Shown piece by piece: positions 63,593 to 64,000 of a DNA stretch of 64,000 bases. The notes beneath the pieces are model-generated. The model made no database searches, was not told the DNA's origin, and saw only the letters and a list, made by a program, of their open reading frames with translations. A program made the position numbers and the translations under genes. Numbering within the stretch: position 1 is the stretch's first letter; each line of letters begins with the position of its first letter. Origin of the DNA: Lama glama (taxonomy: Eukaryota); contig CM052837.1 in NCBI GenBank assembly GCA_028534125.1, positions 23,188,001 to 23,252,000 on the forward strand. Reading direction: 5' to 3'.

Positions 63593-64000
63593 GTGAGAGC
63601 ATCTTCCCATCACATCGCCTGCTGTGTTCAGCTTAATGAAGATGTAGGGAGCATCTACTCCTCCAAGGCCTGTGCTGTCTGTATTGCTGGAGAGGCAGTG
63701 ATAGCCCAGTCACCCATGGTCCTGCCCACCCAACCTCTAGTCCCGTAAGGGAGGTAGAATTGGAGAGATGTTCAGTGTCTGCTGCTGTCTCAGTAGTCTG
63801 CCTAATGGGAGGGTTTTCAAGAATCTCGATGTGCCAGAAATGCTGTGACAGTTTCAAACTTTCTGATTATGAGCCACCCCCAAAATTTTATTTTGCATCA
63901 CAACCCACCACACATATATTTGTGCTTCTGTGAACTGAAACAAAAGTTGCAGAAAACAATGCTCAGCCTTTTCTATGAGTAGTGAATTCTGATTTTTTTT

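Overview
This is mammalian gene-body DNA: AT-rich, CpG-poor and dense in repeats. It covers the middle of the nuclear DNA topoisomerase I gene (TOP1, + strand), from inside intron 2 to just past exon 14. Exon numbers follow my recollection of the 21-exon human gene. Ten exons (3, 5-9, 11-14) are readable with GT-AG boundaries and compatible phases. Exons 4 and 10 are absent, and each expected position coincides with a short N gap of matching size. Three tRNA-derived SINEs resembling the camelid Vic-1 family suggest an alpaca or camel short-read assembly. The most interesting unexplained structure is a 200-nt stop-free, splice-bounded, exon-like segment in intron 8 (43308-43507). It has the same phases as exon 8 and joins exon 9 in frame, which could give topoisomerase I an alternative basic N-terminus arranged like TOP1MT; spliced after exon 8 it would act as a poison exon. 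This is a sequence-only hypothesis. Repeat family names and human comparisons are from memory, and repeat boundaries are approximate.
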